DNA of 64,000 bases from Felis catus. Lineage: Eukaryota. Within the stretch, counting starts at the first letter, position 1; each line of letters begins with the position of its first letter. Where the stretch lies: positions 52,702,001 through 52,766,000 of the forward strand of contig NC_058382.1 in NCBI RefSeq assembly GCF_018350175.1, in the 5' to 3' direction. Position numbers and translations under genes: made by a program. This document shows, in pieces, positions 49,370 to 61,922 of the stretch. The notes under the pieces were generated by a model. The model had not been told where the DNA came from. It was given only the letters and a program-made list of their open reading frames with translations, and did no database searches.

Positions 49370-49800
49370 CAGCACAGAACAAATTCTACCTTCTTAGCCA
49401 TCTTTAAGCACACAGCTCAGTAGCATTAAATTCATTTGCATTGAGCAGTCAGCACGACCACCAACCCTGTAACTCGCCCCAGGAACTGAAATTCTAGACC
49501 TGCTAAATAACTGCCCTTTCTCCCCACTCTCCAGCCCCTGGAAACCACCATTTTGCTATCTATCTTTATCTCAGTACCTCATATAAGTAGAATCATATAA
49601 CGTTTGTCTTCTCGTGACTGGCTTATGTCACTTAGCATAATGTCCTCAAGGTTCGTCCGTGTTGTAACCTGGGTCAGAATTCCCTCCCTCTTTAAAGCTG
49701 AAGCATAGTCTGTTGCTTCTCCTTCCCTTTGTTGTTAGATACGTGGGTTGCTTCCATGTTTTAGCTATTTTGAATAATGCTGCAGTGGACATGGGTGCCC
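49370..49800 (-). mobile_element. L1MB-like 3' end
   Basis: CCAGCCCCTGGAAACCACCATT...ACCTCATATAAGTAGAATCATA...CACTTAGCATAATGTCCTCAAGGTTC. Confidence 0.85.
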
Positions 49801-50511
49801 CAGTCTTGAATTTTAACTTGCTTTAACTGCAAAACTTCTCACATTCCTCCCTGGGCACAGTCCATGGGCTGCATGGCTTTTGGAATATGTCTTCTTTGTG
49901 CTTTTCCCTCTTGGTTTGGAAACCAACTCACGCTAGGCGGGGAGAGGCTTCCGACACCAGGTCACCAGTTATAGTTTCCAGCCAATGTGTCCAGTAGATC
50001 GACCATAAGTTAAGAAAAAGTGAGTGCCGCTGTTTGAGGTATGCCTGGAGTATGGTTTTAATCCAGCCCTGTCAGGCTCATATAAAATTCCAGGCTTCTG
50101 TAACTCTTTAACTTGGAGTATCACAGGGTATCACATGTTAACTGGGAGCCGAGAGAGGCAAGGGGTTTGGTTCATGGTTAAATCTTATAAAGATGCTTTT
50201 AAAGCAATATGTGTGGTCACATATTGTTTAGGACCTGGTCCTGGAATATCAGGTAGAAATACAGTTTTAAGCCCCAGGAACTTGGAAGTGGCCCGTCAAT
50301 AGCCCCCTTCTCATCAGATCTCCGTTCCTAGATTTAAAAAAAAAAAAAGGTACATCAAGTTTCCATGAAGGGGGCACACCTATGAGTGTTTCGGGGGGGG
50401 GGGGGTCGTAAGGAGGAGATTTTAATTCTAATAGCATTTCATATTTACCAAAATATTACCGGAATAGCATGAGCAACTTTTTACCCAGATTCACAAATAT
50501 ATCTGGCATGG

Positions 50512-50578
50512 TTTTGTTCTGTTTGTTTTTATTTGAGAGAGAGAGAGAGAAAGAGAACACTAGCAGGGAAGAGGGGCA

Positions 50579-50632
<54 letters not shown>

Positions 50633-50731
50633 CAGACTCATAAGTAGGCTCAGTCCCATGACTCTGGGATCAGGACCTAAGCCGAAATCAAGAATCGGCC
50701 ACTCAACCAACTGAGCCACCTGGGTGGCCCC
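50512..50731 (-). mobile_element. Older Can-SINE with expanded (GA)n
   Basis: GGGATCAGGACCTAAGCCGAAATCAAGA...CTGAGCCACCTGGGTGGCCCC. Confidence 0.85.
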
Positions 50732-50834
50732 ACCTGTGTTTTTCATGATACTGATTAGATACACATATAAGGATTACACATTAACAAAATGATCTTTTCT
50801 CTTTGAATGTGCGTTTTCTATGGAGCCGCTACAC

Positions 50835-51050
50835 ATATATTTACTGAGCTTTTTAACATTGCCAGGCTCTGTGCTAGGCACTGTCTTATAGGATTTAATT
50901 GTCCTTTCATGATTTACCCTTAAAGCTGTCTCGTGAGGATTGTTACCCGCGTTTTCCTACGAGAGGATAGGTGACTTTCTCAAGGCTGGGCAGCTGGCAG
51001 CCGAGCCCGGATTCCCAGTCACACCCTGTGACTTCCAATCCTGAGTCCCT
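50835..51050 (-). mobile_element. MIR
   Basis: TTTACTGAGC...GCCAGGCTCTGTGCTAGGCACT...GTGACTTTCTCAAGG. Confidence 0.6.
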
Positions 51051-51561
51051 GAAATGTCATCATCTGACATTGTATGTCAGGACCTTCCTGGATGGCAGGA
51101 AAGACATAGGGTTTCTGTTTTGAGAGGAGAGTGAAAAAATACTCAGGCCGGATTTCCACTTGCCTGGAAGTGAGCTAGGGCGCGGTGGGGAAAGACAGGA
51201 ACCAGATCAGCGTTTGCTAACCTCTGCCTCTTCGGACCGGTGTACGGACAGCCCTTCAGGGCTTGACCTCCGAGTCAGAATCAGGGGTATCACTGACGAT
51301 GTTTACGAGGTTGGTGACATCACCAAACATGAAGAGTCAGGTGAGGCATAAGCACAGAAGAGCTTGAGGACCGCTGTGTGTGGCAGGAATTCCCTTTTAA
51401 TAGCAAGGGCTCTGTTTCCTTGTGTTTCTGTCCCCAGGAGCTGTCTTGGTGGGTCTGACTCACTTGTTTCCCAGCTCTTGGAGCTGTCATGTCCCCTGAA
51501 TATTCAGGATCATCATCAACAAGATTCCCTTAAATACAGAAAATATTAAAAGTCATTTCTG

Positions 51562-51677
51562 GGGGTGCCTGGGTGGCTCAGTTGGTTAAGCGTCCAGCTT
51601 CCGCTCAGGTCATGATCTCAAGGTTCGTGAGTTTGAGCCCCGCATCGGGCTCTCTGCTGTCAGCACAGAGCCTGCTT

Positions 51678-51709
<32 letters not shown>

Positions 51710-51760
51710 TCCCCTCCCCCACTTGCGTGCCCTCTCTCTCAAAAAAAATAAACAATAAAA
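51562..51760 (+). mobile_element. Can-SINE
   Basis: TSD AAAAGTCATTT(C/T)TG at 51548-51561 and 51761-51774. Confidence 0.95.
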
Positions 51761-51786
51761 AAAAGTCATTTTTGGATATTTTAGTA

Positions 51787-52285
51787 ATTCATTCATTCCG
51801 CAGGTATTTATTGAGCACCTACCATGTACTAGTGGTGGGGATATAGGAATGAAGGCAGTTGAAGGCTCTTTGTTCCAATGCACTCATAACAGTCAACAGT
51901 GAATGAGTGAACAAGATACAAGTTGGAGAGAAGCGGTATATGGCCAAGTTTACTGGGTACAGTGATCGAGAGGGACTGGGGATGAGAGTATGCTAATTTG
52001 GTTTCGGGTCTAGAAAGCCCTTAATCAATCTGAGGCCTGAATTGCTAGAGGCGGCAAAGGTATGCTGTGAAAGCTAGAGGCGCAGGCAGGGGAACAGCGG
52101 ATGTTCAATGCCAGTTTGGCACGGCTGAAAAACCACGCTAGGTGATGAAGTGTAACGACGTGGGTTTGGACTGAGATCTGATGAGGTTGGAGAGGTGGGC
52201 CTTGAAGGCCGCGTAAGGAATTGGGAATCTCTAAGTGCTTCAGGCAGCCACTGGAGATTTTAGGTAAGACAAAGAGCCCATCGGG
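51787..52285 (-). mobile_element. L2 3' portion
   Basis: TTCATTCATTC...TATTTATTGAGCACCTACCATGT ... GCCACTGGAGATTTTAGG. Confidence 0.8.
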
Positions 52286-54546
52286 TCAGTGCCCATCAAG
52301 GGGACTCTAAGTCATGTTCAGGCGGCTCATTACCAATGGCTCTTGGAACAAAGACAATTGTGTCTTACAGTCAGCATATGTTCTCCCAGCATCTTTTGTC
52401 TGTTCGACTCCAAATAGGCTGCTAAGCTTTAAAGATGAATGAGAGGCAGTACCTAGCCTCCAAAGGCTCCTGCCTGGAGAGGGTGTTCGCCATCGTCGGT
52501 GGTGCGTCCCTCTTAGGCAGTGATGCCCGATACTACGGTGGCTGGGATTTCTTGATTCATTTCTTTCATTTACCAGTGGCGAATGTTTATCCTTTGAGGG
52601 TGTGCTAAATTTTTTTGGAAATAGCCAAGAGTTGCTTTACACCTACTCTGGTGAATGAAGTCGGGGATTGGACTTTTAGAAAACAAGCAAATAAATAAAC
52701 AAGGCTGATTTTTGGTGTGTGTTTTCAAAACGCGGCGCGGGACGCCATTACATCTCATCGTCTGATCCTCAAATATCCAATTATCGAAAAGAAGTTCCTT
52801 GAAATACAAAAGTGTTTGGATTCAGGAGTACCCAAATGTTCTGGGAAAATTCCCTGATTTGGGGGTAGCCCTGCCCTTCTAATGGCAACCTGCGATCTTC
52901 CAGATTTCATCCGTCCCGGCAGCCCACCCCACTTCTGTGTTCCTTTAGGTGACATGAGTCTGATGATCTTTTTGGCATTGAGATTACAGAGGCTAATTTT
53001 GATATTTGTACATATGCATTTGCTGAAGCTCCCTGAACCTGGTTGGTAAGACCCAAGGTTATCCTGTTCAGCTGCATGGGATATTCATGGTTAGACTACG
53101 GAATCTGCATAAGTGGAAAATGCAAATCTGTTTATGTTTTTAAAATCACGGTTCTGAAGCTTTTAAAAATACACACTACTTTCCATCCCATTATACAAAA
53201 ACGCATTTGAGGTGGTCGTCATTTTATTTGGGCCATGGTCTTCCGAGACTTGGGACAATAATATATGTTTTCTCTCTTATGCAAATGCATGCAGATTTTT
53301 AAAGCATGCATGCATGTATTACACACTTTATAAATTCAAGTAATAGAAATGTTGGTGTATATAAATAGATAGAATAAGGAGTATACATTTTATATAAAAT
53401 AACCTCTTTGGTATTTGTTTACCCTGATTTTTTGATTTATGAGTCGTCATTGCTCACTACAGAAGAAGAAAAATAAATATGCAAAACACTGGTAGACTTT
53501 TAATGGGGTTACTTCCCATCTTAGCTCAGTGTTTCTCCGCCGAAGCTGACCTTGAAATTGCTTTTTAAATACAAGTCAAAATATGCAAATTCCAGAGCAT
53601 CAGGATGAGTATGATGTGAGGAGTTCTTTCAAATTCACATTTTTACATCATTCCCATCTTATATCCTGTGATTTATCTGCTTCCTAATCCATTAGTATCT
53701 GAGTGGTGGGTATATATATGGGTTTTCTCAAACGCACCAATCCCCACTGAGGTTAAAGTACCCGAAAGGAGCCCAAGTATGGTTTTCTTTCTTTCCTTTC
53801 CTACTTCTTCTTTTTTCTTTAATTTAACCTTCTTCCCTTTTTAATGAACATGAAGCATTTCCTGCCTAGCGGATTTCATTTCTTTCCTTTTTAGTCTCGA
53901 CGGTCTGTTGCGGGGAGCTGACCCCCGTCTGACGTATGACTCATCTGTGTTGTTCAGTCGTGTATTTTAGCCACTCCTGGTGCCTGTGCGTCCATTTCAT
54001 TGCATCCCAAGGAACTTTTCCTCTGTCCTGTGCTCATATTTCATCAGGGTTTTCTGGAGCCTGCAGAGCATGGATATGTATATATCACCTCCCCCCTCCT
54101 TATGGCCAGAAAAACTCACCACCGTGAATTTCACTGAAGTTTATGATTGGTCCCCGACTGCCTCCTCCACTGTCACGTTTGGCACAGAATCCTCTTCCGG
54201 ATGCATTCTTGCAGTTAGATAAACAAGCAGATATACTGAACCGGTGCATGAATGAATAGGAAATATCCCAGTTCCAAAGGATAAATCTATCATGTGGTGG
54301 AGGGGGTAGTCAGGCAAAACATTTGGTTCTGCGGTCGCTTGGAGGGTTGGGCCCGTGCTGTAATTAATGCCACTAGCAGTAAAAGGACATTAGGGATGTC
54401 GCATGTGTTGATTATTTCTTCATTTTGTTTATCCAAGTTTCCCCGCCTTGGAATCTCTGTGGCCATTGCCAAAGAAAGCCTTGGAGACAGAGCGCTAGCC
54501 TTGCTCCCTTGTAAGTGCATCATTACCTTGCTCCAAAGTCTTTTTA

Positions 54547-54601
54547 TTTTCCCTTTTCTTTTCTTTTCTTTTCTTTTCTTTTCTTTTCTTTTCTTTTCTT
54601 T

Positions 54602-54636
<35 letters not shown>

Positions 54637-54674
54637 CCCTTTCTTCTTTCTTTTTCTTTCTTTCTCCCTTTCTC

Positions 54675-54720
<46 letters not shown>

Positions 54721-54843
54721 CCCTTTCTTCTTTCTTTCTTCTTTCTTTTCTTTTCTTTTCTTTTCTTTTCTTTTCTTTTCTTTTCTTTTCTTTCTCCCAT
54801 TCTTCTTTCTTTCTCCCTTTCTTCTTTTTCTTTCTTTCTTCCT

Positions 54844-54916
<73 letters not shown>

Positions 54917-54929
54917 TTCCTCTTCTTTT
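54547..54929. repeat. 383-bp compound (TTTTC)n/(TTTC)n polypyrimidine tract
   Basis: Direct reading; single purine (A at 54799). Confidence 0.97.
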
Positions 54930-55521
54930 GTCAATAGAGGATGGAAACATTATTGGATTCAGGAGTTCATAGTAGTCCTGTATGCAGCTAGGGATGAGGG
55001 GGATAGATTTATGAAATGGACCATTTCAAATGGCATTATCTTCCCACCGTGAGGTACACCTTTCATAAATCATGGGAGAGTGCTCGGGAAATAGAGCGTC
55101 TGTTATTCCTCCTCTACATTGTGTCTGCCTCCCCCATAATCATAGGAAAGAAGAGTCTCAGGTTTCCTTGGGTTGGAAAAGGCAATTAATCCCCATAAAG
55201 AGAAGAAGAAGAAGTGGGATAAATAAAAGAGTACTTCTTAAAAGTCAAGGATTGTGCTTCCACTACGACTTTTTTTGTTTTTGTTTGTTTTTTTCAATCA
55301 TGGTGATTTTCCCCCCCTGCTTATTTGGGCCTTAATGTAATTATGGCATTAATTAAGCTCTTTGGTTTTATTTTTCACAAAAAACATTGCGCCGTATTCT
55401 GTAGGATAATGTAGACTGATGTGGCTCCGCTGGGAAAGCAAGTAGATGGGAATAGTGGCTGAGATTTTCTTTGCCTCCCTCTGCCTTTCCCCATCTCGAG
55501 GCTGGTGGGTGATTATTCTTT

Positions 55522-55749
55522 CTTTCTTTCTTTTTAAGTTTCTTTTAATATTTATTCATTTCTGTGAGAGGCAGAGACAGAGTGTGAGTGGGGGAGGGGC
55601 AGAGAGCGAGGGAGACACAGAATCTGAAACAGGTTCTAGGCTCTGAGCTGTCAGCACAGAGCCCGGCGCGGGGCTCGAACCCACGAACTCTGAGACCACG
55701 ACCTGAGCTGAAGTCAGACGCTTAACCGACTGAGCCACCCCAGTGCCTC
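55522..55749 (-). mobile_element. Can-SINE
   Basis: TSD GGTGATTATTCTTT at 55508-55521 and 55751-55764. Confidence 0.96.
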
Positions 55750-56128
55750 TGGTGATTATTCTTTAGTATGCCTGAAGCCAAGTTATGGATCGTTGTGTTT
55801 CTGACATGGAGGGCCCTTCTTGTCTGGTAGTCTGGATGCAGTCTGTGTGGAGGGGCAAAGTGGATTCTTCTTCGTGTGCCCTTGGGAGAACCTCCCCAGT
55901 GATAGTCCGTTCCCCGTAAAGAATCAGGCTTCTTAACCTCTAGCTGTTTCCCACACTGCCAGGGGATCTCACAGAATTACCCTTGAGTGGTAAAAACCAT
56001 TGCTCTGATGGATACTCAGGAGTCCCCAACACGCTCTATCCCATGCCTTAGGTTCCCGTGGCGCCTTGGAGAACAGTCTGGGAAGAAGTTGTGAAAATGT
56101 CTGACAGCAGTTTGAAAAGCTTTGAAGT

Positions 56129-56364
56129 GGGGCGCCTGGGTGGCGCAGTCGGTTAAGCGTCCGACTTCAGCCAGGTCGCGATCTCGCGGTCCGTGAGTTC
56201 GAGCCCCGCGTCGGGCTCTGGGCTGATGGCTCAGAGCCTGGAGCCTGTTTCCGATTCTGTGTCTCCCTCTCTCTCTGCCCCTCCCCGGTTCATGCTCTGT
56301 CTCTCTCTGTCCCCAAAATAAATAAATGTTGAAAAAAAATTTAAAAAAAAAAAAAAAAAAAAGG
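56129..56364 (+). mobile_element. Very young SINEC_Fc-type SINE
   Basis: Intact A box (TGGCGCAGTCGG) and B box (GTTCGAGCC), CpGs retained, long A tail; TSD AAAGCTTTGAAG at 56116-56127 and 56365-56376. Confidence 0.97.
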
Positions 56365-57169
56365 AAAGCTTTGAAGATAAGTCTACCTCCTCACACGATA
56401 GTCCCCCCCCCCGCCCCCAAATAGATAACATAAGAAAAATTGACCTCTGTAACGTTGGGCTGGGGGAGGAAAGAACAATAACCAGCTAAAATGTATCATT
56501 TCAGAAAATTGAGATTAAAAAAAAGACATTGTAAAGGTGGCTTCATCTCAAAAGGTTTGAGATGCGTTTTTTTTCCCCACACATGTGACGTGCCAAGATA
56601 AATTGAATTTCGTGGACACGTAAGAGGATAAGAGGACCTTGAACTCGACTAACTGAACTTGATGGTCATCACAAGACACCAGGGGAAAACATCTCATTGT
56701 TGAGATATTTTGAGACCTCATTGTTCAGGCAAACGTGAGCTAGAAGTTGAGAAATCTATTCATGTTCTTCTTTCTGGTTGCCCGGAAGGAATTAATGCCA
56801 AATCCCATGGCCGAGGTCCCAGGCGAAAGCTGTTCGCCTTCGCCTGTCCCTTTTTCTGCCTGCCCACCCCCTCCTTTCACCCAAGGAGATAAGGCGTTTA
56901 TCTGCATGTATATGAGAGAACTGTCTTGGGTTTGTATCAGACAGACCTCGGCTTGAAGCCTGCCCTCATTTTTCCTTACCTTTCCTGCTTCTCTTTCCTG
57001 TTTTATAAAATGAAGGCCATGATGGCAACCATTCAAAATTCCTATCAAGCTTTAGCTAGATAATGAGTCAAAATGGTAGCACAGAGTAGGTGCTTAAAAC
57101 ACATAATAGGGCTTTCTTCTGTATGACGTGGATTTAGTTTTGTACTTTGGGGACAATTCTCTCTTTTTT

Positions 57170-57330
57170 CTCTTTAGTCTTCAAAACTATCCTGTGATGT
57201 AAGCATTACTGTGCCTCTTTTCCAGATGAGGAGACTAAAGTACAGGGATAGTAAGTCATTCATCTCATAAACATCAAACCCAAGACCCAAACCCTGGACT
57301 CTTTGACATCAAAGACTGTATTCTTACCCA
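57170..57330 (-). mobile_element. MIR
   Basis: TTTTCCAGATGAGGAGACTAAAG core. Confidence 0.6.
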
Positions 57331-60300
57331 CTACATATTTATCTCCCGTGGTCCTACTCCTGGGACCACAAGTCCCATACCCCAGGTCAGATGACCTGTC
57401 CATGACTGGAAACTCCAAGAGAGAGAAACAATGAAGACCCAGGCATATGAACTTCAAGAGCAACTGAGTTACCAGAAAATCTAAGCTTGAAGCTTATAGG
57501 GCTTCCTCAGAACTTTCCCTCTTGCTGTTTCTGATACATCATGGTTGGATCAACTCTGGAAAAGAAACAGAAAGGAGGCAAATGGCTCCACTCTGCATTG
57601 CCTTGTCAGTACCTTGGACACAGGTAGAAAAATCTAGAATGTGTGTGGGATGACTGAAAGTAGCTGGGTGTGAACTGGCGATCAAAGGCAGCCTTGCCAA
57701 GACTCTCAAGGTTTTTGCAGCTCCTTCTGGATTCCAGTGGTCTGTTCAGTGGCTCTGTGCTGGACCAAGAGACCGTCGCTCCTGAAAGTGTGGGCACGCC
57801 ATCCCCGAGATGAAGCATCCATCACAGGGAACCCAAAATCCACATTAGTAAGCCCTGCATTACTGATATCCATCCACAGTCATTTCCAAAGCTTGATTTT
57901 CTGTAGTCAAACAGTCTGTTTCCAGGTCCTTGGCCAGATACTTAAGAAGCTCGTCAAGAGAAGGAGGTTTGAAGAAAAAACAAAAACCAAGGATATATTG
58001 ATTTCTGAGAATTCTTCCTGAGTTTCTCTTGGCTGTGGTATTGTCAGCCCATGATGAGATTGTTGTTGAGTTTGGATTGATTTTTGTCTTTCAAGACTCA
58101 GCACAAAACAACCCTTCCCCGGGGTAATCTTTTCTGCTCCCTCTTCGCAGATAGAGTTGACCTTCAAAATTGAGATTGTCTTCTACTTCATCAGCTTCTA
58201 CCGTTTTCAAGAACTATCACATTGAATAGAAACAGTTTCTTGTCTGGGACATCTATAAGACTTAAGACTGTAAGACTATATAAGACTCTTTGAAGACAGG
58301 AACCATCTTATCTTCAAGGTTCCCAGGAACCGATTGTTGTATCAGTGAGTGGAATCAGAGTATGAACAGGTGAAGAGAGCCAAGAGCACAATAATATTAA
58401 ACCTAGAACGTCTTCTCCTCCTAATGCTGTTGGTCAAGATACATTATTGTACATAGTTGATCTCACTTGCTGTAGTCCAGTCACCTCATAGTCTGAGTTG
58501 AGTAAACATCCCCGTAAGTACTCTGGATTCAGTGACTTCTTCCCAGTTTGGAACTAGGGGCAAGTGACCAATCCAATTTCTTGTTCAAGTACATGGGGAC
58601 TGGAAATCACAACACCTGGGGCAGATCATCTTGAGACATTCTTAGATTATACTGCTGCATTTGAACCTGGCTCTTGACCGCCATGGATAAGTGAGCACAG
58701 CCTCGCCGGGTAAAATGGAGACACTTTGACATGCCCATGTAGTTGTTTCCATGATGAATCAACTGGATTCAGAACGCAAGAGGGAGATACTAATTGAAAA
58801 AACTTTGCCTGAATGGCTAGAACAAGTGAAAACCAGTAAGAATGGCTGCAATTCCTCTTTCCTTTTCCCTGGGATATCGAGGCATCCTCGGGTTAATCCT
58901 CATTTTTAAAGGGTGACATCGAGAGTTGGACGTCTTTTGGAATAAAGAGGCCGTTCAGATTTAGAATTGGAATCTGTCATTTGGTTGCCTTTTCTTAAAT
59001 ACCCCAGTCTTCAGAATGAGGCTGTTTGTCTCACGCTTGTGAAATTTGCTCTTTGCTTAATTTTAATGCATCTGAAATTTTCATGCCCAGAAGATCAGAT
59101 TCAAGTTTAAAAGGCTATACGCTAACCAAAAATTTGTTTGTTGTTTGTTTGTTTGTTTTACCACTTTTTTTTTTTTAATCTCTTCTGGTGACATTGTTAC
59201 CTTTTTTATTTTTTAATCTCTTCTGGTGACAGCCTGGACTTCTCGTCTTAATTTTTCCCCTCTCTTGTTCGTTTCGTTGTGCTCCCTGCTTGATCTGACG
59301 ACTGGTTTTATTTTTAAAGTTGGCATCTTCATTTGTTTGACCCTCCTCGTGCGCCCCACCCCACCTGTTGTCTTAACATGTTTTTGACTTGTTTCATTCA
59401 TTATTTTCCAAAATACTGAAAATTCTTTTTCCTTAGGCCTCATTATATATAGATGCTACGTTTTTGGTAGAAAGAATCTGGCTTTAATTGACGTGGGCTG
59501 AGCATCTGGTGGGGAGGGGACTCTTATCTCATGGACCATCCACATGGAGGCTAATCCCAGCTCTCACCTTAACTTCCCTTGTAACCTCGAGCATGCCCTT
59601 TCCCCTGTCCATCTCTTAATTGTCCTCGGTCCCTTTGGGCCGATCAGCACCTGTCCCACCTTCCTCAGAGGCTTATTGGGCAGCTCGTAAGAGCAACTAA
59701 ACTGTACAGCACTTACATTCATCTGAGCTCTGGAAACACGGGGTCATCTCATCGATTCCTTAAATGGGGCGATTATTCAAGAAATCCTTCAAACTAATTT
59801 TATTTCCTCTCCTCTCCCCCTCATCCAAGAACACTAAGACAAATCGGCTGACTTTCTCTCTCTGTGTTGGAAGAGTCAGGGAGGTCCTAGATCCACAGAA
59901 TGTGGCCAGACCAGCCCTTGCACGTACTTAAACAATGAAGAGATTTCAGCCCTCAGCCCGGAGGAGGTAGCTTCTCTCTCCCTCCATCCCAGGGCACTGA
60001 AAAAATGGAACAATTATATGTCTCCACTCTGCAGACACTGCGGGCCTGGAAAACGAGTGGGTGCAAAACGAGTGGGTGCGTTTATCAGATAGTTGATCAA
60101 GTCAGGTGCACCACGTGGATGAAGGGGTCCACGGAGCGTGGCCGTGGCCCCTGGGGAAACTAGCCCAAAGCCAGGTTCTGAGATGAGAACCACACCATCA
60201 GGGCCCCGGGGTCTTACCCGATGCCCTCCTCCAAGTTGGTAGGATAGTTTTCCCTCCTGGAACATTCAAGTGAAATAAAGCTTTAGGAATCGGTACCAGA

Positions 60301-61309
60301 GACATTAAATATGGATTACAAAGTGGGAACTTCTCCCCCTCGGTCCCCATCTTTGCTTCCATAAAGGAGTAGGTTAAAAAAGAAAAGTTCTTAAAAAAAA
60401 TGTCTTACTGCTCAGTAAATCCCTGTGGGGGGATAAAAAAAAAAAAAAACGGTGGTGGGGGCGGGGGGGGGGGAGGAATGCACATTAGTCTTCCATTAAA
60501 AATAGATCAAAAAAGTACCCAAAAGAAAAAAACCCCACAACAATGAAATAAATTAGGATAATACAACTGGAGGCCAGCAAATGAGTTGGCTAAACGTTAT
60601 ATTTTCTCAAACCACTTAGATTTCTAACTTCCTGTTTCTGCCTGAAGCAATAAAGGCAGGAACACTGTCATTAGCTTCAAAAACCTTTTTTTTAGCCCCT
60701 AGCTGCATTTATTATTATTTTTTCTACCCCTCCTCCCCGCAACAGCTGTATCTCTGCATTTATTACAGCCCAGGTGCCCCTTGCTCTCTATGTTAAAGGA
60801 GACAGGAGGGAGGGAACGTCCCCTTCCCTTGTTGGCCGGAGCCCAGTGCCAACCCCGTGAACGCAGGGCTGGGCCGGGGGGCTTCCCGGGGTGGCTTCCA
60901 GCAAGGCCGGACTGGGTTTCCACTGCACCCTGCGATCCGATCACCCGTGATCCCCGTGAGCCATGGGATAGTCCCTTGCAGTCTTCAATAAAGTAATTAC
61001 TCTGTCCCCTCATTTAGCCCCTTAGAAAGAGCCAAAAAGAATGTGGCACCTAGACGCTATTTATAACCACTTTCACCTCGTGCCTCTAGGGCCAAAATTG
61101 GAAACCTAATTTTAGATCCACAAAAGCCCAAATAGGTGTGTAAGAAGCCCCAAAATAAAATATTCCAGGGCGGCTCCGAACAGGTTCAGGTTGATTTCTC
61201 TCACGGTGGCTATTTAATTATGTCGTGGAAAAAACAGCGGCAATTAGATCATCGTTCCTTGGGTGTTGGGTCCAAGGACATTCCAGAGGAAGTCAAAGGC
61301 AGAGGGAAG

Positions 61310-61700
61310 GAGGAGAAGTGCGCCACGGGCCTGCGAGCCCGCAAGCCGTTTGGCGGCGAGGAGAGGCTTTCAGGTCAGACAGAGGGGCCCTGCCGTCGCC
61401 CGTGCGGCTGGATCATCTTGCACATCCTGCTCCTTGTCCCTGGGCCTCTGTCCGCCCAAAGGGGGGCGGAATCCTGCCCCCCTCCCCGGTTGGCCGTGGC
61501 GCTTAGAAATGCGGCGCTCTGCTCGGGACCTGGCAGGCCGTGGCCTCGTCCACGCACGGCTACGCTGGTAGCTGTTGTTTATTCGTTGTTACTGCTCCGG
61601 AGACCTGTCAACGCCCACACCCTCCAAACGCCGTCTGTCCCCCTTTTAGAAGTTAGCCGAACGACTTCGTGACGTTGGATAGAGCGCTCGCGCCTCACAG
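61310..61700. promoter_or_regulatory. Small CpG-rich, GC-rich segment outside recognisable repeats
   Basis: Visibly dense CpG; GC box GGGGCGG near 61462; not formally computed. Confidence 0.35.
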
Positions 61701-61922
61701 ATCTCAGAGCCCGTGTCTTTTCTGGGGGGCCAGGCTGAAAGATGCACAATTTTCCAAGGGGGCCAGATGTCAGACTCTAATGGCATGTCGCTTTTGAAGA
61801 CCTCCCAGATCCTGAAAGGTTCCAGTCCCCCCAACAGCCCTGCTCCCTGTTTTTAGATGCCCATGGCGGCTCTGCCTGATGCCCACTCCGAGAGAGGTGC
61901 CAGGAGCCTAGACTTGTAGCCC

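Noticed and set aside
54290..55052. Long F/L/S-rich and K/E/R-rich ORFs on both strands
   Set aside because: Translation of the pyrimidine microsatellite, which has no stop codons
56129..56215. tRNA-like A and B boxes
   Set aside because: Head of a tRNA-derived SINE, not a tRNA gene; the same applies to all SINE heads here
58256..58287. Four TAAGACT copies
   Set aside because: Local slippage, probably within a degraded L2 remnant; no evidence of function
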